Positions 1 through 14,100 of a stretch of DNA of 64,000 nucleotides are shown here, one piece after another. The translations under genes and the position numbers were made by a program. Source of the stretch: a virus; the IMG/VR virus record IMGVR_UViG_3300034071_000719, positions 15,577-79,576 of that record. One strand, 5' to 3'. The notes beneath the pieces were generated by a model. It did no database searches, had not been told where the DNA came from, and saw only the letters and a program-made list of their open reading frames with translations. Every line of letters starts with the position of its first letter. Position 1 is the stretch's first letter.

Positions 1-1
1 C

Positions 2-2122
2 ACACGTGATCGTATGGTTACAGGTGAGGATTACAATATTCTTCCTTATACATTGTTTAGTAATGTGCTTAAAGTTAAAGCAGTTAATCGTACATCGTCT
101 GGGGTAAGTCGTTACTTAGATGTTATCGATACAACTGGAAAATATTCTAGTACTAATATTTTTGCAAGTGACGGATACCTCTATAGAGATGAAACTCAAA
201 ATACATTCTCATTTGAATTTGTAACTCGTAACGATATCTATAGAACTATATACAATAATATCACTCCGCTAGTAACATCACAGGAAATGTTACAATATTT
301 TTATGCATTTTATTTTAAATCTCCGTTATTATTGCCCGATGTCAGATGGGTTCATGCAACGACTGCGGCAAACAGTTCAACTGGATATTTTGTTGATAGC
401 TTAGGTAAAATACTTCAAGTCGGTGATACAGTTAGTAATAACAATTCATACATTAAACCAGGCGCCATTATTAAATTTTCTGCTGGTAGTGGTCAATACT
501 TTGATGCAAGAAATATTATCCAAGTCGGAACGCCGATTAAATCGGGTGATAAATTATATTTGTATGTTGCTGTGGACACAGTATTAGCTGATGGAACAAA
601 TGCCGGCCAAGGTAAATTGGCCAATGGAACAGGCCCTATTACAGTCGGTGGCAATGTGCCAACTGATGCAATTGCGGATTCAGTTTATGCTACATTTAAT
701 AATAAATTTTCAACTACACTAGTGGAATCAATTGTAGCATACACACAAGCATACGAAGATTTTGGTATTCGTTATGATATTGATCTGAATGTATGGGTAT
801 TAATTGAACCACAAAATTTAAATATTGGTGAATTTGATTTACAATATGCTGGAAATACTAGCGGCACACAACTTGATTCGAGTTGGATGATCTATTTTAA
901 AACAGTTGGGCAAACATACACAGTAACCTACCGCGGATTAAATTACATATTCGAAAGTGTTAATGAAACAAATTTCTACTTTGATAATACTGTAAAAATT
1001 TATGATCCAAAAACAGGAATTACATTACATGATCAAATTAAAGTATTAAAAATAAATTCTAACCCCAATGATTCGTATCCACAAGCGTTAGATTATACTT
1101 GGTATATTCATAAAAATATTGTTGACGTCGACGGGTATTCGAACCCTAATAGAATTTCAATAACATTCCCAGATTCAAACAATGATGGCATACCAGATAA
1201 CCCAGAGTTATTTGATCTTATAGTTTCGCCGTATACATATCCCGAATCTAAATATGTATATTTTAAAGCAACTGATGGGTACGATAATTTTACTAATCAA
1301 ATTCCGGTAAGTAGTGAGTTAATTATATCAACGTATGCAACTAAGTTATTGATAGAAGAAGATAAGACGCTGTATCAAGCAGATCAGTTATTCTACGTAC
1401 CATTAACTAACCAATATTTTCAATTGGCTATTAGTAGTGCTAATGTGTATACATTGAATGAGGTTACTGGATATACTTCTAAAATTGGTAGACAAGATTT
1501 ATATTTCCAATATAGACATAATAGTCCGAACTATCGTCGAATTGACCCAAGTCCAAATAACATCATTGATTTATATATGTTAACTAAACAATACGCGGCT
1601 GATTATATGTCATGGATTAGAGATTCGTCGGGCGCAACCATTGAACCTACTCGTCCGACATCGGCAGTGTTAGGTGCAGATTTTGCAAGTTTAGAAAAAT
1701 ACAAAAGTGTTAGTGATACAATTATCTATAATCCTGCTAAGTTTAAACCAATATTTGGATCAAAAGCACCAGTATCATTGCAAGCAACATTTAAGGTTGT
1801 AAAAAATTCAGCTGTTATTGTTAGTGATAATGATATTAAGACTAGTGTAATTACTGCTATTAATAATTACTTTGATGTTACGAACTGGGACTTTGGTGAA
1901 ACGTTTTACTTTAGTGAATTAAGTGCATATTTACATAGTGTACTTGCTCCAAATATTGCAAGTATAACTATTGTGCCGTCAGACGAAACAAGCCCGTTTG
2001 GTAGTTTGTTACAAATCAATGCAGAATACAATGAAATCATTACAAGTGCAGCAACAGTAGATAATATACAGGTAATTAGTGCAATTACTGCGGCACAAAT
2101 CAACCAAACTGTTCTGGCTTAA
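2..2122 (+). CDS. Baseplate wedge subunit (T4 gp6/baseplate J-like), 5' end outside window
   Basis: Frame is open back to base 2 (TRDRMVTGEDY resembles the gp6/J motif xNRAVTxxDY); C-terminal NWDFGETFYFSELSAYLH is typical of wedge proteins; followed by a giant structural gene. Confidence 0.75.
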   Translation, partial: TRDRMVTGEDYNILPYTLFSNVLKVKAVNRTSSGVSRYLDVIDTTGKYSSTNIFASDGYLYRDETQNTFSFEFVTRNDIYRTIYNNITPLVTSQEMLQYFYAFYFKSPLLLPDVRWVHATTAANSSTGYFVDSLGKILQVGDTVSNNNSYIKPGAIIKFSAGSGQYFDARNIIQVGTPIKSGDKLYLYVAVDTVLADGTNAGQGKLANGTGPITVGGNVPTDAIADSVYATFNNKFSTTLVESIVAYTQAYEDFGIRYDIDLNVWVLIEPQNLNIGEFDLQYAGNTSGTQLDSSWMIYFKTVGQTYTVTYRGLNYIFESVNETNFYFDNTVKIYDPKTGITLHDQIKVLKINSNPNDSYPQALDYTWYIHKNIVDVDGYSNPNRISITFPDSNNDGIPDNPELFDLIVSPYTYPESKYVYFKATDGYDNFTNQIPVSSELIISTYATKLLIEEDKTLYQADQLFYVPLTNQYFQLAISSANVYTLNEVTGYTSKIGRQDLYFQYRHNSPNYRRIDPSPNNIIDLYMLTKQYAADYMSWIRDSSGATIEPTRPTSAVLGADFASLEKYKSVSDTIIYNPAKFKPIFGSKAPVSLQATFKVVKNSAVIVSDNDIKTSVITAINNYFDVTNWDFGETFYFSELSAYLHSVLAPNIASITIVPSDETSPFGSLLQINAEYNEIITSAATVDNIQVISAITAAQINQTVLA

Positions 2123-2125
2123 ATA
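2120..2125 (+). promoter_or_regulatory. T4-like late promoter core TAAATA
   Basis: TAAATA in the gap ~20 nt before the 4255-aa gene; the motif recurs in other gaps before structural genes. Confidence 0.45.
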
Positions 2126-2142
2126 CTATATAACACTGAGAA

Positions 2143-5100
2143 ATGACAATGGCATCTAGAAAAACCCTTAAATTTTTACCAACAATATTCCAAACAGATA
2201 CGAATAGTAAATTCTTGTCGGCGACATTAGATCAATTAATTGCCGAACCCGAATTAAAAACTATACATGGATATATAGGTAGAAAATTTGCGCCAACATA
2301 TAAAAATAAAGATAGTTACTTAGTTGAAAGTTTAACTGAACGCCAAAATTATCAACTTGAACCAAGTATAGTTGCTCGTGATGACCAACAAAATATTACA
2401 TTCTTTGCTAGTTATATTGACTTATTAAATAAAATAGATTACTATGGTGGCATAACAACTGATCACAGTCGATTATTTGCTTCGGAATATTACTCATTTA
2501 ATCCGCAAATTTCGTACGATAAGTTTATTAACTTTACACAATATTTCTGGTTACCAAACGGTCCTGATTCAGTTGATGTATATACCGGTAGTGTACCACT
2601 AACTGATACTATCACAGTACACAGAGATAGTACTACAAATAAATATCGATTTGAGTCCACAGGGCGCAATAACGGTACCTTAATATTAGCCCGCGGCGGA
2701 GTGTATACCTTTGAAGTTAATCAACCCGGGCATCCATTTTGGATTCAGACTGAATTAGGAATCGACGGCCTTGTAAATTCAACACCCGGAATTAGTTCAC
2801 GTGAAGTATTAGGGGTAACCAATAACGGAGCCGATGTTGGTACGATTACGTTCTTAGTGCCACAATCGACTGCACAAGATAATTTTAATTCGATGAATTT
2901 AATCTACAATGTAGATTATGCTATACCGTTGGCATATTCAAAAATTCAACATCAATTATTATCTAATTTTATACAAGCATTTCCACAATATGCTCCTATT
3001 GCAGCAAATATTGATGGTAAAACTTTAATCTTTATTGATCAAGATCAATTAACTAATTATGGCGAAAACGCTTGGATCACACCCGGCTTATTTGACAACC
3101 ATGGTATAGAAGTAGACGAGTTTGATGCAGGATATGTAGTAACTAACAATCAACGTTACGGTGTATGGAAAATAATGTTGATTGAAAATGGCGGTGACAC
3201 AATTATTAGATTAGTGCCAGTGATAGATGTACCGCTGAATAATAAGGTATATATTCAATCTGGGATTACTAATGTTAACCGAGAATACTTTAAGGATTAT
3301 GATGAATTTTTCCATCAAGTCCCTGTAATTTCAAGTGTACAAAATACAATATATTATCAAGATGGGTCATCATCTGACCTATACGGCCAATTCTCTTTAA
3401 TTAATCCTGCAAGTTGGATCATTGATGTAGATCAAGAAATTATTGGAAAGTCTGAATACATTAGTCCTAACGGAATTGAATTCACAACAGGATTAAAAAT
3501 TAAATTCGGCACAGATGTCTACCCAGCAACATATCAAAACAATAGTTATTATGTAGAGGGAGTAGGTGATGCAATTCGACTAGTTGACATTACTGCATTG
3601 ATTACTCCGGAACCATTCAATGATGAATTAGCAATAAATTATCCTGGGCAAGTATTTCCTGACTATATTACGATTAATCGTGCTAGCAAAGATTTAAATG
3701 CATGGTCACGTAGTAATAGATGGTTCCATAGAGATGTAATTGAAAAGACTGCAGAATATAATTCAACAACACCAGCGTATGATCAATTGCAACGTGCGCA
3801 ACGTCCTATTGTACAATTTAACGCCGATTATCAATTATTTAATAACGGACGTATTGGTAAAAAAGCAATTGATATATTGGATACATTAACCACAGATGCA
3901 TTTAGTGATGTTGAAGGAACCTATCAAACTATATTTCGTGGCGCAACTATTATAAATGGAACTCGTGTTATATTTGCTAACGACAATGATCCGTTAGTCC
4001 GTAATAACATTTATGAAATTAATTTAGTATATATAACGGTAGATGAATTTCAACGACCAGTAGGCGATCCACAAATTACATTGACTCTAGCCGCAGATGG
4101 TATAGCAGAACAATATGATTCGACTGTAATCACAACAGGGCAGTATAAAGGAACATCTTGGTGGTTTAACGGCATTAACTGGGTTGAAAGCCAAACAAAA
4201 ACAAGCAATCAGCAAGACCCATTGTTTGATATATTTGATTCGGCTGATACTAGTTTATCAGAATATCCAGCAAGTACCTTTGCTGGTACTAAGCTATTTG
4301 GCTATAAACGAAATTCAACAGGGCGCACTGACCCAGTATTGCAATTTCCACTTAGTTATAGAAACTTCGGAACACAAGGCGATATCGAATTTTCTAATTA
4401 CTATAATATAGATACGTTTAGTTATACAGCAAACCCAATTACTCAAATTTCTATCGGGTCATTGCATAAAATTGCAGACCGTTATAATTCTGTATCGTCT
4501 ACTATTTGGTCAACAGTTATTGAAGAAAGTAAACAATACCAATTAATATCATATATCTATTTGGGCTCGACCACAATATTTGCAATTGATGTTACACCTG
4601 CGGTTGAATCTACTATTCCGTATCTGCGTGTATTTCAAAATAATGTATTGTTAACCCCTACTCAATGGGTATTTAATTCTGTAACAAAAACTATTAGTTT
4701 AGTGGCTACCCCTGCAATCGACGATAAAATCGATATCTTAGTATACAGTAAAGAAGTAAGTAAACTTGGGCACTATCAGATTCCGTTAAATTTAGATTTA
4801 AATGCACAAAATATTGATTTAGAATCATTGACCTTAGGCCAGATACGTAATCATGTGGTTGCGTTAAGTCACAATAGCAAAGAATTAGTTGGTAATATTC
4901 TTGGCCCTAATAATTTACGAGATATTGAGCTTGCAACGCAAGGCGGCAACATCTTGCAACATAGCGCACCTGTTCCACATGCTGCATTATTTTTATTAAA
5001 CGAAGATACTAATTTTGTTAACGCAGTTCGTTATGCACAACAAGAATATGCTAGATTTAAAAATAAATTTCTTGAATATAGCACAACATTAAATGGCATT

Positions 5101-8100
5101 CAACCAACTGATCCGTCTGCTAGTGTTGATTTAATTTTAACAACCATTAACGCAATTAAAAGTCAGTTATTTCCATGGTATTATAGTGATATGGTACCGT
5201 ATGGTACTTTAAAAAATATTTTAAATGATGTAGGATATACAGTATTTGATCCATTGGTTAGAACTTATGAAATTACATCGGTATTCAATAGTGCTATATT
5301 AAGTAACCAAGCGATATTAGTATATCTAAATGGCGAACAATTAATCTTAAATAGAGATTATTCTTTTAATACAGAACGTCCGGCAGTAACTTTTGCAGAT
5401 ACTCTATTATTAAATGTAGATGATTTAATTACTATTGTAGAATATCAAAACACTGATGGATGTTACATCCCTGAAACTCCTACTAAGTTAGGATTATATC
5501 CTAAATTTATTCCTGAGATCTTTTTAGATGATACATACCGTACGCCTATTAATGTTATTAGAGGACACGACGGTAGCTTAACACCGGCATTTAATGACTA
5601 CCGTGATGACTTCCTACTAGAATTAGAAAAACGTATCTATAATAATATTAAGGTGCCCGACACAGGCCGCAATCAAGATATCCACGAAATAGTTACAGGT
5701 AAATTTAGAAACAGCGACTTTGTATTAGCTGAAGCCACTCAATTATTGTCGGGTAGTTTTCTTAACTGGGTCGGGAATAACAAATTAGATTATAGCACAA
5801 ATGATACGTTTAATTCAAATGATCCGTTTACATGGAACTACAGTAGATTCATTGATAGAATTAACGGTGAAGCATTGCCGGGCAGTTGGAAAGCATGCTT
5901 CCAATATTTTTATGATACAATTCGACCACACCAAACACCATGGGAAATGTTGGGCTTTACATCAATTCCTGATTGGTGGGAAGACGAATATGGAACAGCA
6001 CCCTATACCGGCGGTAATACATTACTATGGAGCGATTTAGAAGCAGGCTTAATTAAGGGCGGCCCAACTGCTGGAGTAGATTCTAACTATATTCGTCCTG
6101 GACTTTCAAAAATCATTCCAGTAGACGAAAATGGTATATTAAAAAGCCCGGCGGCAATATTAACTGCCGAGTTTGATTCAAAATATGCCGCTACAAGTTG
6201 GGCGGCAGGTAGTCAAGGCCCGGTAGAAGCCGCATGGAGAACTAGTAGCGAGTTTCCGTTTGCTGCACAGGTAGCATTGGCATTAGCAAAACCAGGCAAA
6301 TATTTTGGAGTCTTTTTAGATGTTAACAGCTATCAATATAATTACAATATAGGTCAGTATCTAACAACAGCTAACAATCACTTAACACAAACATCAACAT
6401 CATTTAACGGTGATACTACATCTGGCACAGTATTCAGAGGCGCCGGATATTTAAACTGGGTTGCGGATTATTTAATTAATCTTGGTATTAATCCGGCTAC
6501 TAAAATTACTCTATTGATGAAAAATTACAAAGTTAATCTTGCATATAAAATGGCTGGGTTTAGTGATCAAAAATATTTACAAGTATTAGCAGAGCAAAGC
6601 TCACCGACTAGTACAAATGATAGTATTATTATTCCGGATGAAAATTACGAAGTATATTTGTATAAATCAACTCCGGTTGATAAACTTACATATAGTGCAG
6701 TTATCATTGAAAAAACAAGTAATGGGTTCAGTGTACGTGGGTATGATTTAAGTAACCCGTATTTCACTATCATTCCTAGCATAGTTAATTCTAATGCATC
6801 TAAGATTACTGTAGTAGCACAATCGGCTGCAGTGTTTAATGATTATCAACCAGTTAAATTAACAGTTCCATACGGTTATGATTTTAGTAGCATGCAACAA
6901 GTAGTTGATTTCTTAATAAGTTACGAACGCTATTTGCAAGCACAAGGGTTTACATTCAATGACAACGACGGGCAGTTAAATGAAGTACGTAATTGGAAAC
7001 TTTCGTCTAAAGAATTCCTATTCTGGGCACAACAAGGTTGGCCAAATGGAAGTATTTTAGTCTTATCACCGGTGTCAAATTTAATAACTTCGTTAAGTTC
7101 AGGCGCAATCACCGACGGAATCTCTGATAGTCAGTACGGAACAAAAATATTAGATCAAAATTTTAAATTAATTAAAAATAATAATTATAATGTTTTACGT
7201 ACACCAACAAGTTTAAAAGTAGAATTAACTAACGGCCAAGTAATAGGACTTATGACGTTAGATTTAGTACAATACGAACATGTATTAGTTTTTGATAATA
7301 CAACAGTGTTCAATGATATTATCTATAAACCCGAGCTTGGTAACAGACAATTTAGATTAAAATTAATCGGACAAAAAACAGATAACTGGGACGGAAGTTT
7401 AACCTCCCCAGGATTTGTATATAATTCTAATACTGTACAATCTTGGATACAAGGAAAAGATTATCTTAAAGGTGTATTAGTTCAATATAAAAATCAATAT
7501 TATGTTGCACTTCAAAATATTATTGCATCCGAATTATTTGATTTCTCTGCATGGAAAAGTGTTGACGCTGACCAAATTAAAACAGGATTATTACCTAACT
7601 TTGCGAGCAATGCAGTTAAAGCACAATCATATTATGATGCATACGGATATTTTAATGATTCTAACAATGTTAAATATAGCCACGGATTAATTGGATTTAA
7701 ACCACGCCAATTTTTAGATGACATGGGCTTAAACGAAACAACCCAAGTTGAATTCTATAAAGGTTACATTACACAAAAAGGTACGGCAAATGCAATTGAT
7801 GCATTAACTAATGCACAATTTAATAATTTAAATAGTGCAATTGATTACTACGAAGAATGGGCAGTGCGAGTTGGCGAATATGGCGCAATTGATACTAATC
7901 CATACGTAGAAATTGCATTAGATGAAAAGGCATTCAGTGTTAATCCTGCACTTGCAGAATTTGTGCCAACAACAGACGAAGCACGAGCTAATGGAGTTAC
8001 TGTATTTGCAAACGGCGATCTTTACAAATCAACTAATCAATTTGATGGTACAATAGCCTCTATTAGAAATGATCAAAGTGATTATGATAATGATATTCCG

Positions 8101-11100
8101 ACTGCGGGTTACGTAAACATTGATGATATTGATGCTACTATATTTGACCTTGCTAACTATGCAGATTTAAATAGTCTAACATATACTATGGGTAGTGGTT
8201 ATACTATATGGACCGCAAAAGATTTTAAATCAGATTGGAATGTTTTTAGAATATCAGAAACAGATACTACTATTGTAGAAGTAGAAAATGCATTAGATGG
8301 CTATATAACATTTAGAACAGATGTTTATCATGGATTAGCAGCTGATAATGTAGTAATGATTCGTAATTTTGATGCAGCATTTGATGGCTTCTATGAAGTA
8401 TATAGAATTGTAGATTTAAGTAGCTTTATGGTTCGTTACACAGGCGATACAACAACATTAACTAACTTTACTGGCTCTGGTATTTTGTTTACCTTAGATA
8501 GTTTACGCTTTAATTACATGGAAACTGCTCGTGAATACTTCCCACCACATGGCTGGAAAGTTGGCGAGAAGATTTGGATTGATACTGATGCAGCAACTAC
8601 AACAGGACAAGGTCAACCGTACAATACTGGCGACAACTTATGGAAAGTATACGAGAAGACACGCCCATGGGAAATGGGCCAACGCCTAGTAAAAAATATC
8701 GGTGAATATTCTGCAGATATAGGATATGGCCAAGCATTAAAAATGATTGATAATGCCGCGCAAACTATTTTTGTTGGTACTACTTTATATGCAACTACTG
8801 GTGCAGTAAATGTATTTGATAAAAATACATCAAATGTATATGTTGAAACAACTACTATAGTACCAGATGGTGCAAATACATTTACATTCGGTTCGCACAT
8901 TGATACAGCAGTTGATACTACAGTATTTGATGGTATCGATTCGAGAGAAACATTAGCAGTTGCGGCACCAACAAGTTCTGGATTAGCAGGAGCAGCAAAT
9001 GTTGGACTATTATACATCTATAAAGAAACTGCTGGCACTGAAAATTGGGTAAGAGGACAAGTCATCGCAGGCAATGTTAGTGCCGTTGGTGGGAAATTTG
9101 GTACAGGCTTTGCGTTTGATGAATTAGGCCACTGGCTATATGTTGGTGCACCATACGAATCGACTCCTAAAGTTTATGTTTACGGTTTACAACGCTTTGT
9201 GACTGTGGCTACCGGAAATGTTACTACATCTGGTTCTGTGTCAACGGTAACAGTACCGTTTACACGTGATGCAACAGTTGGGTCAACTGATGCTAATTCA
9301 TTATTAGTTACAAGTGCAACACGTACATATATTCCACGAATTGACTATACAGTAAGTGGGCAAACAATAACATTTATATCCGGTAACGTAAATGCTACAT
9401 TAACAATTTCACAAGGACCATACTACACTTTAATTGAAACTATTACTCCACCGCCCGGCACAGGTGATAACAGTGAATTTGGCTATTGTATTGATGCTAG
9501 CTTAAATGGTGCACAACTTGGAGTTGGATGCCCGGGTGATACAGTTAACGTAGCAGTATTCAGCGATGGTATAACAACCGTTGAACGTTCAATTCCTGTA
9601 GGAACTAATACTGCATCAATTACGTTAGATGGAAATGTATTACCACGTACATCATACGTTGAGAATGTTGGTGCTGGATCGGTATTTGTGTACGATCGTG
9701 TTATTGAATCATTTAATAGTACTAACGATACAATATATACTACAGAAGAAACTATCGCTCCGGTATATAAAGTAACAGTTGATGGCATTGAAATATTTGA
9801 TTATACAAAAACAGCCGCAAAAGAAATAACATTATATGTTCCAGTAGGCATTGGTAAAGTTATTAACATCGAAACTAATAAATTTACTCTATTAGAAAAA
9901 CTAATTGGAATTGATTCGCTTGATGGTACGCTAGGTGCAATTCAATCAGGCGCACGTTTTGGTTCGGCATTAACAATTTGTTCAAACAATTGCGCATTCT
10001 ATATTGGCGCTCCGTATTACGACAGTGGTACAATTTATAACACTGGTGCTGTATGGAAATTCCATAATAGAGGAACACTATACGGTACTAACACAGGTTA
10101 TACACATAACCCAACGTTCACACCGGGTGATACAATTCGATTAGACAACTTCCAAATTACTGTAACTGGTACTAGCTTAGATAGTTTGGTTGAAGATATT
10201 AACAATGCTAATCTATTAGGTATTACCGCAGTTAATGAAAATGGATATTTAAGATTAAACAGTGATAAAACTGTAGCTAAAAATCGTTTACGTATCTTAT
10301 CAGCAAGTGGCACCGTGTATGAAGATGCAGGCATGGCTATATTTGCATTCATGCAGATTATTGTTAACCCTTATAAAAATGCCAATGAATATTTTGGTAC
10401 TAAAGTTATATTGGCTCGCAATGCATATATGCTAGTGATCAGTAGCGATCGCGGTACAACAAGAAAATATACTACATTTGATAACGATACTACTATACTC
10501 GATGGTGAAACTACTGGCATATATGATAGTATAAAAGCTAGTGGAAGTGTATACACATATGAACTATACGATGACCCACGCAATGCAGTAGAGAATCCAG
10601 GACGCTACGCATTCTGTCAACAAATTGATCCAACAGATTTAAATCCAGGTGACGGATTTGGTGCTGCGATTGATGTTATTGGCGGACATATCGTAGTAAG
10701 TGCACCAAATGATGATGCAACAATAACCAATGGTGGTAGCATTTATCTGTTTAGTAATCCAACTGGGCAACGTGGGTGGAATTTATTACGTTACGAACAG
10801 CCAACAGTTGATATTGATTCTGTTAACAGACTTTATGTGTATAACAAACGAACTAATACTATTTTAGCTAATTTAGAATTCATTGATCCAGCTGCTGGTA
10901 AGATTTTAGGGCTAGCAGAACAAGAACTTTCATATAAAACATCATATGATCCTGCAATTTATAATAAAGGCACAAGTAGCGAAAGCAGTTCAAATACATA
11001 TTGGGAAGCTACACAAGTCGGTAGAGTATGGTGGAATTTAGACCAAGTACGTTACATAGATTACGAGCAAGGATCACTAGCATATCGCAGTATTAACTGG

Positions 11101-14100
11101 GGTAGATTATTTCCAGGATCAATTGTTGAAGTATTAGAGTGGGTAGAATCGGACGTATTACCGAGCAAATATGTTTCTGCAGGTAATAATGGTACACCAA
11201 AACATGCTGACGATAGTGCGTATGTGGAAACTATATTTGTTGATCCACTTACTAATATAATTAGTACAAAATATTATTATTGGGTTAAAGATAAAACATC
11301 ACTTGATGTTATTAATTCTTCAAGATCATTGCCGATTAAAGTTATTCGAGACTTAATAGAAAATCCAAAAAATAACGGAACAGCATATACAGCTATCATT
11401 TCACCTTCTGCGGTGATACTATATAATATTGCCGAGTATCTATCCGATGTAGATACAATATTGCATTTAGATTATGAATTAATACGAAATTCAAGCATAG
11501 TACATAGTGAATATGAATTAATACAAAAAGGTAATAATGTAGGTATAATTCCTGTTCGAATTATAGATAAATTAATAGATAGTTTAGTAGGATATGATAT
11601 AGCTAATGCGCAAGTTCCGGATATGGGATTAAGCATTGCTGACCGATATGGTATTTCTATTAGACCTCGACAATCGATGTTTGTTGATAGACTTACTGCG
11701 GTTACTGTACTAATTGATTATGTTAATAATGTATTTACAACTGCCCAATATACTACATATAATGTGGAACATCTTCTATTAGAAGAATCGCAACCAAGCA
11801 AAAAGTTAAATGAATACGATATATTAGTTACAACAGAAGAAGAATTACTATATGTTGATACAACCGAATTATCATCGGGTTACTTAGTATTAGTTGCGAC
11901 TAATACAATGTACGAAGGTAGATGGACACTGCATCAATTAACTAGTACTAATACATGGGAAATAATTCGAAGCCAATCATACAAAACTAGTTTGTATTGG
12001 GATTACGCAGATTGGTATGCCACTGGTTACACTTCTGCTATTAAACCAGCTTATTCAGTTGCAACATTGCTTGATGCATTAAAACTGCCGTATACAGCTA
12101 ATGATATTATTAAAATAACCAATACCGGAGCAGGACAATGGGAATTAATACTTGTCAATGACGCACTTGAATTTGTTACAATTGGTAAACAACACGGAAC
12201 CATACAACTTAATAAATCTAAATTAATTGATGTAACATTAGATCAACACGTTGAACTTCGAAATATTATTGTTGGATTGCAAGATGATATATTTGTTGGT
12301 ACGCTTGCTGGAGAGTTTAATAAATTATTCTTTCAATTGATAAATTATTTATTTACTGAACAAACTTATGTTGATTGGATATTTAAAACTAGTTTTATTA
12401 GCATTGTTCACAAATTACGTGGGTTAACTCAACCATCTAATTATATCAAGGACAATCAAACTTATTACCAGGATTATATAAACGAAGTTAAACCGTATTC
12501 AACTAAGATACGAGAATATTTACTTAATTACAATAGTGTTGATGAGTTTCCGGGTAGCGTGTCTGACTTTGATCTACCTGCATATTATGATCATACGCTG
12601 AAGGTATTCCGTAGTCCAAGTGGCGAGCAACTTGCTACAGATTCGTCGATGTGGCAAACAGCACCATATAATCAATGGTATGCTAATAGAACCTATGAAA
12701 TCGAATCAATAGAAATTGGAAATAAAGGAGTCGGTTATGTAACTGCGCCTGTAGTTGAGATATACGGAAATGGCACCGGTGCAACTGCACACTCATTGAT
12801 TAATTTTGATACAGGTGAAGTTACTGCCGTGATAGTTGATAACCCGGGAACAGGATATAGCCAACAAGTTGTTATTCGACTAAATGGCAATGGATCAGGG
12901 GCAACGGCATACGCAAGATTACACAATAATCAAGTGCGTAGTATTAATACTACTATGAAATTTGATAGAATTAGTTATTCTAGTGTAGTTAAAGAATGGA
13001 CACCTAATACAGTATTTTTAGCGGGCGACATTGTTAGCTATAATGCAGTTGGTTACATTGTAAATGCAAACATGACTACCCCGGCTAAATTTATTGCCTC
13101 TGATTATACTGTTCATCCATCTGCAAGTTTTACTAATGCAAATGATAGAATAATGGCAAACTATGCTCCGGGTAATGACCTTCCACTGAAAAATTTATCA
13201 CAGTTAATTTATGGCATCGATTATCCAGGCGTACAAGTAACTGGACTGCCGTTTGATCAGGCTCCTGGCTTAGATTTAGGACCGTTTGATATCAACCTAT
13301 TTGATCAGGTGCAATATGATATTGATGGTCTACCAATGACAAGTGACACAGCAGTTGATTCGCTGATTCAGAGTAACTACACTGATTTAGCTCTTGGTAC
13401 ACGCCCAGAAGATATTAATGTTATTGGTGGTGCGTATGTTGATACATATTCGAGTCATGCTCCAGAAGAAATGGTTCCGGGTATTGTATTTGATACATTA
13501 AATCTACAAGTATATACTAAGATTCTTGGTAATACTGTGGTACTTGGATATCGCATATTACACGATATGCTACACAATTCGACATATCTACGAATTGCAG
13601 AACATTATTCAACGGTGTTAACTGCCCCTTTAAATATTAGTGATAGTTTAATTTATGTCGAAGATGCAAGCACCTTACCTATACCGGACCCAGATGCTGG
13701 TATCCCTGGGGTAATATTTATTCAGACAGAACGAATTACGTATTATACAATTGATTTAATTAATCATACATTAGGACAATTACGTAGAGGAACAGCAGGA
13801 ACCGCACCAAGATTAACTTATCAATCTGGGGTTGCAGTAGTTGATGCAAGTAATAGACAATTAATGCCAAATATTGGTTCTAGTAATGTAACTCATGCAG
13901 TAGATCATGCATACACTATTACATCAACTCCGCCATATGAGTTAACATTTACTGATGCAATTATACCAACGTTTGGTGATTATATTACACAAGCAAGCAC
14001 TGGTGCTAATGTTACGGTAACTGCAATATCAACCTTAACTGCCGAAACCATACAAGTAAGTGCTATTTTACCAGTTTTACAAGTTGGTGACATTGTAACT

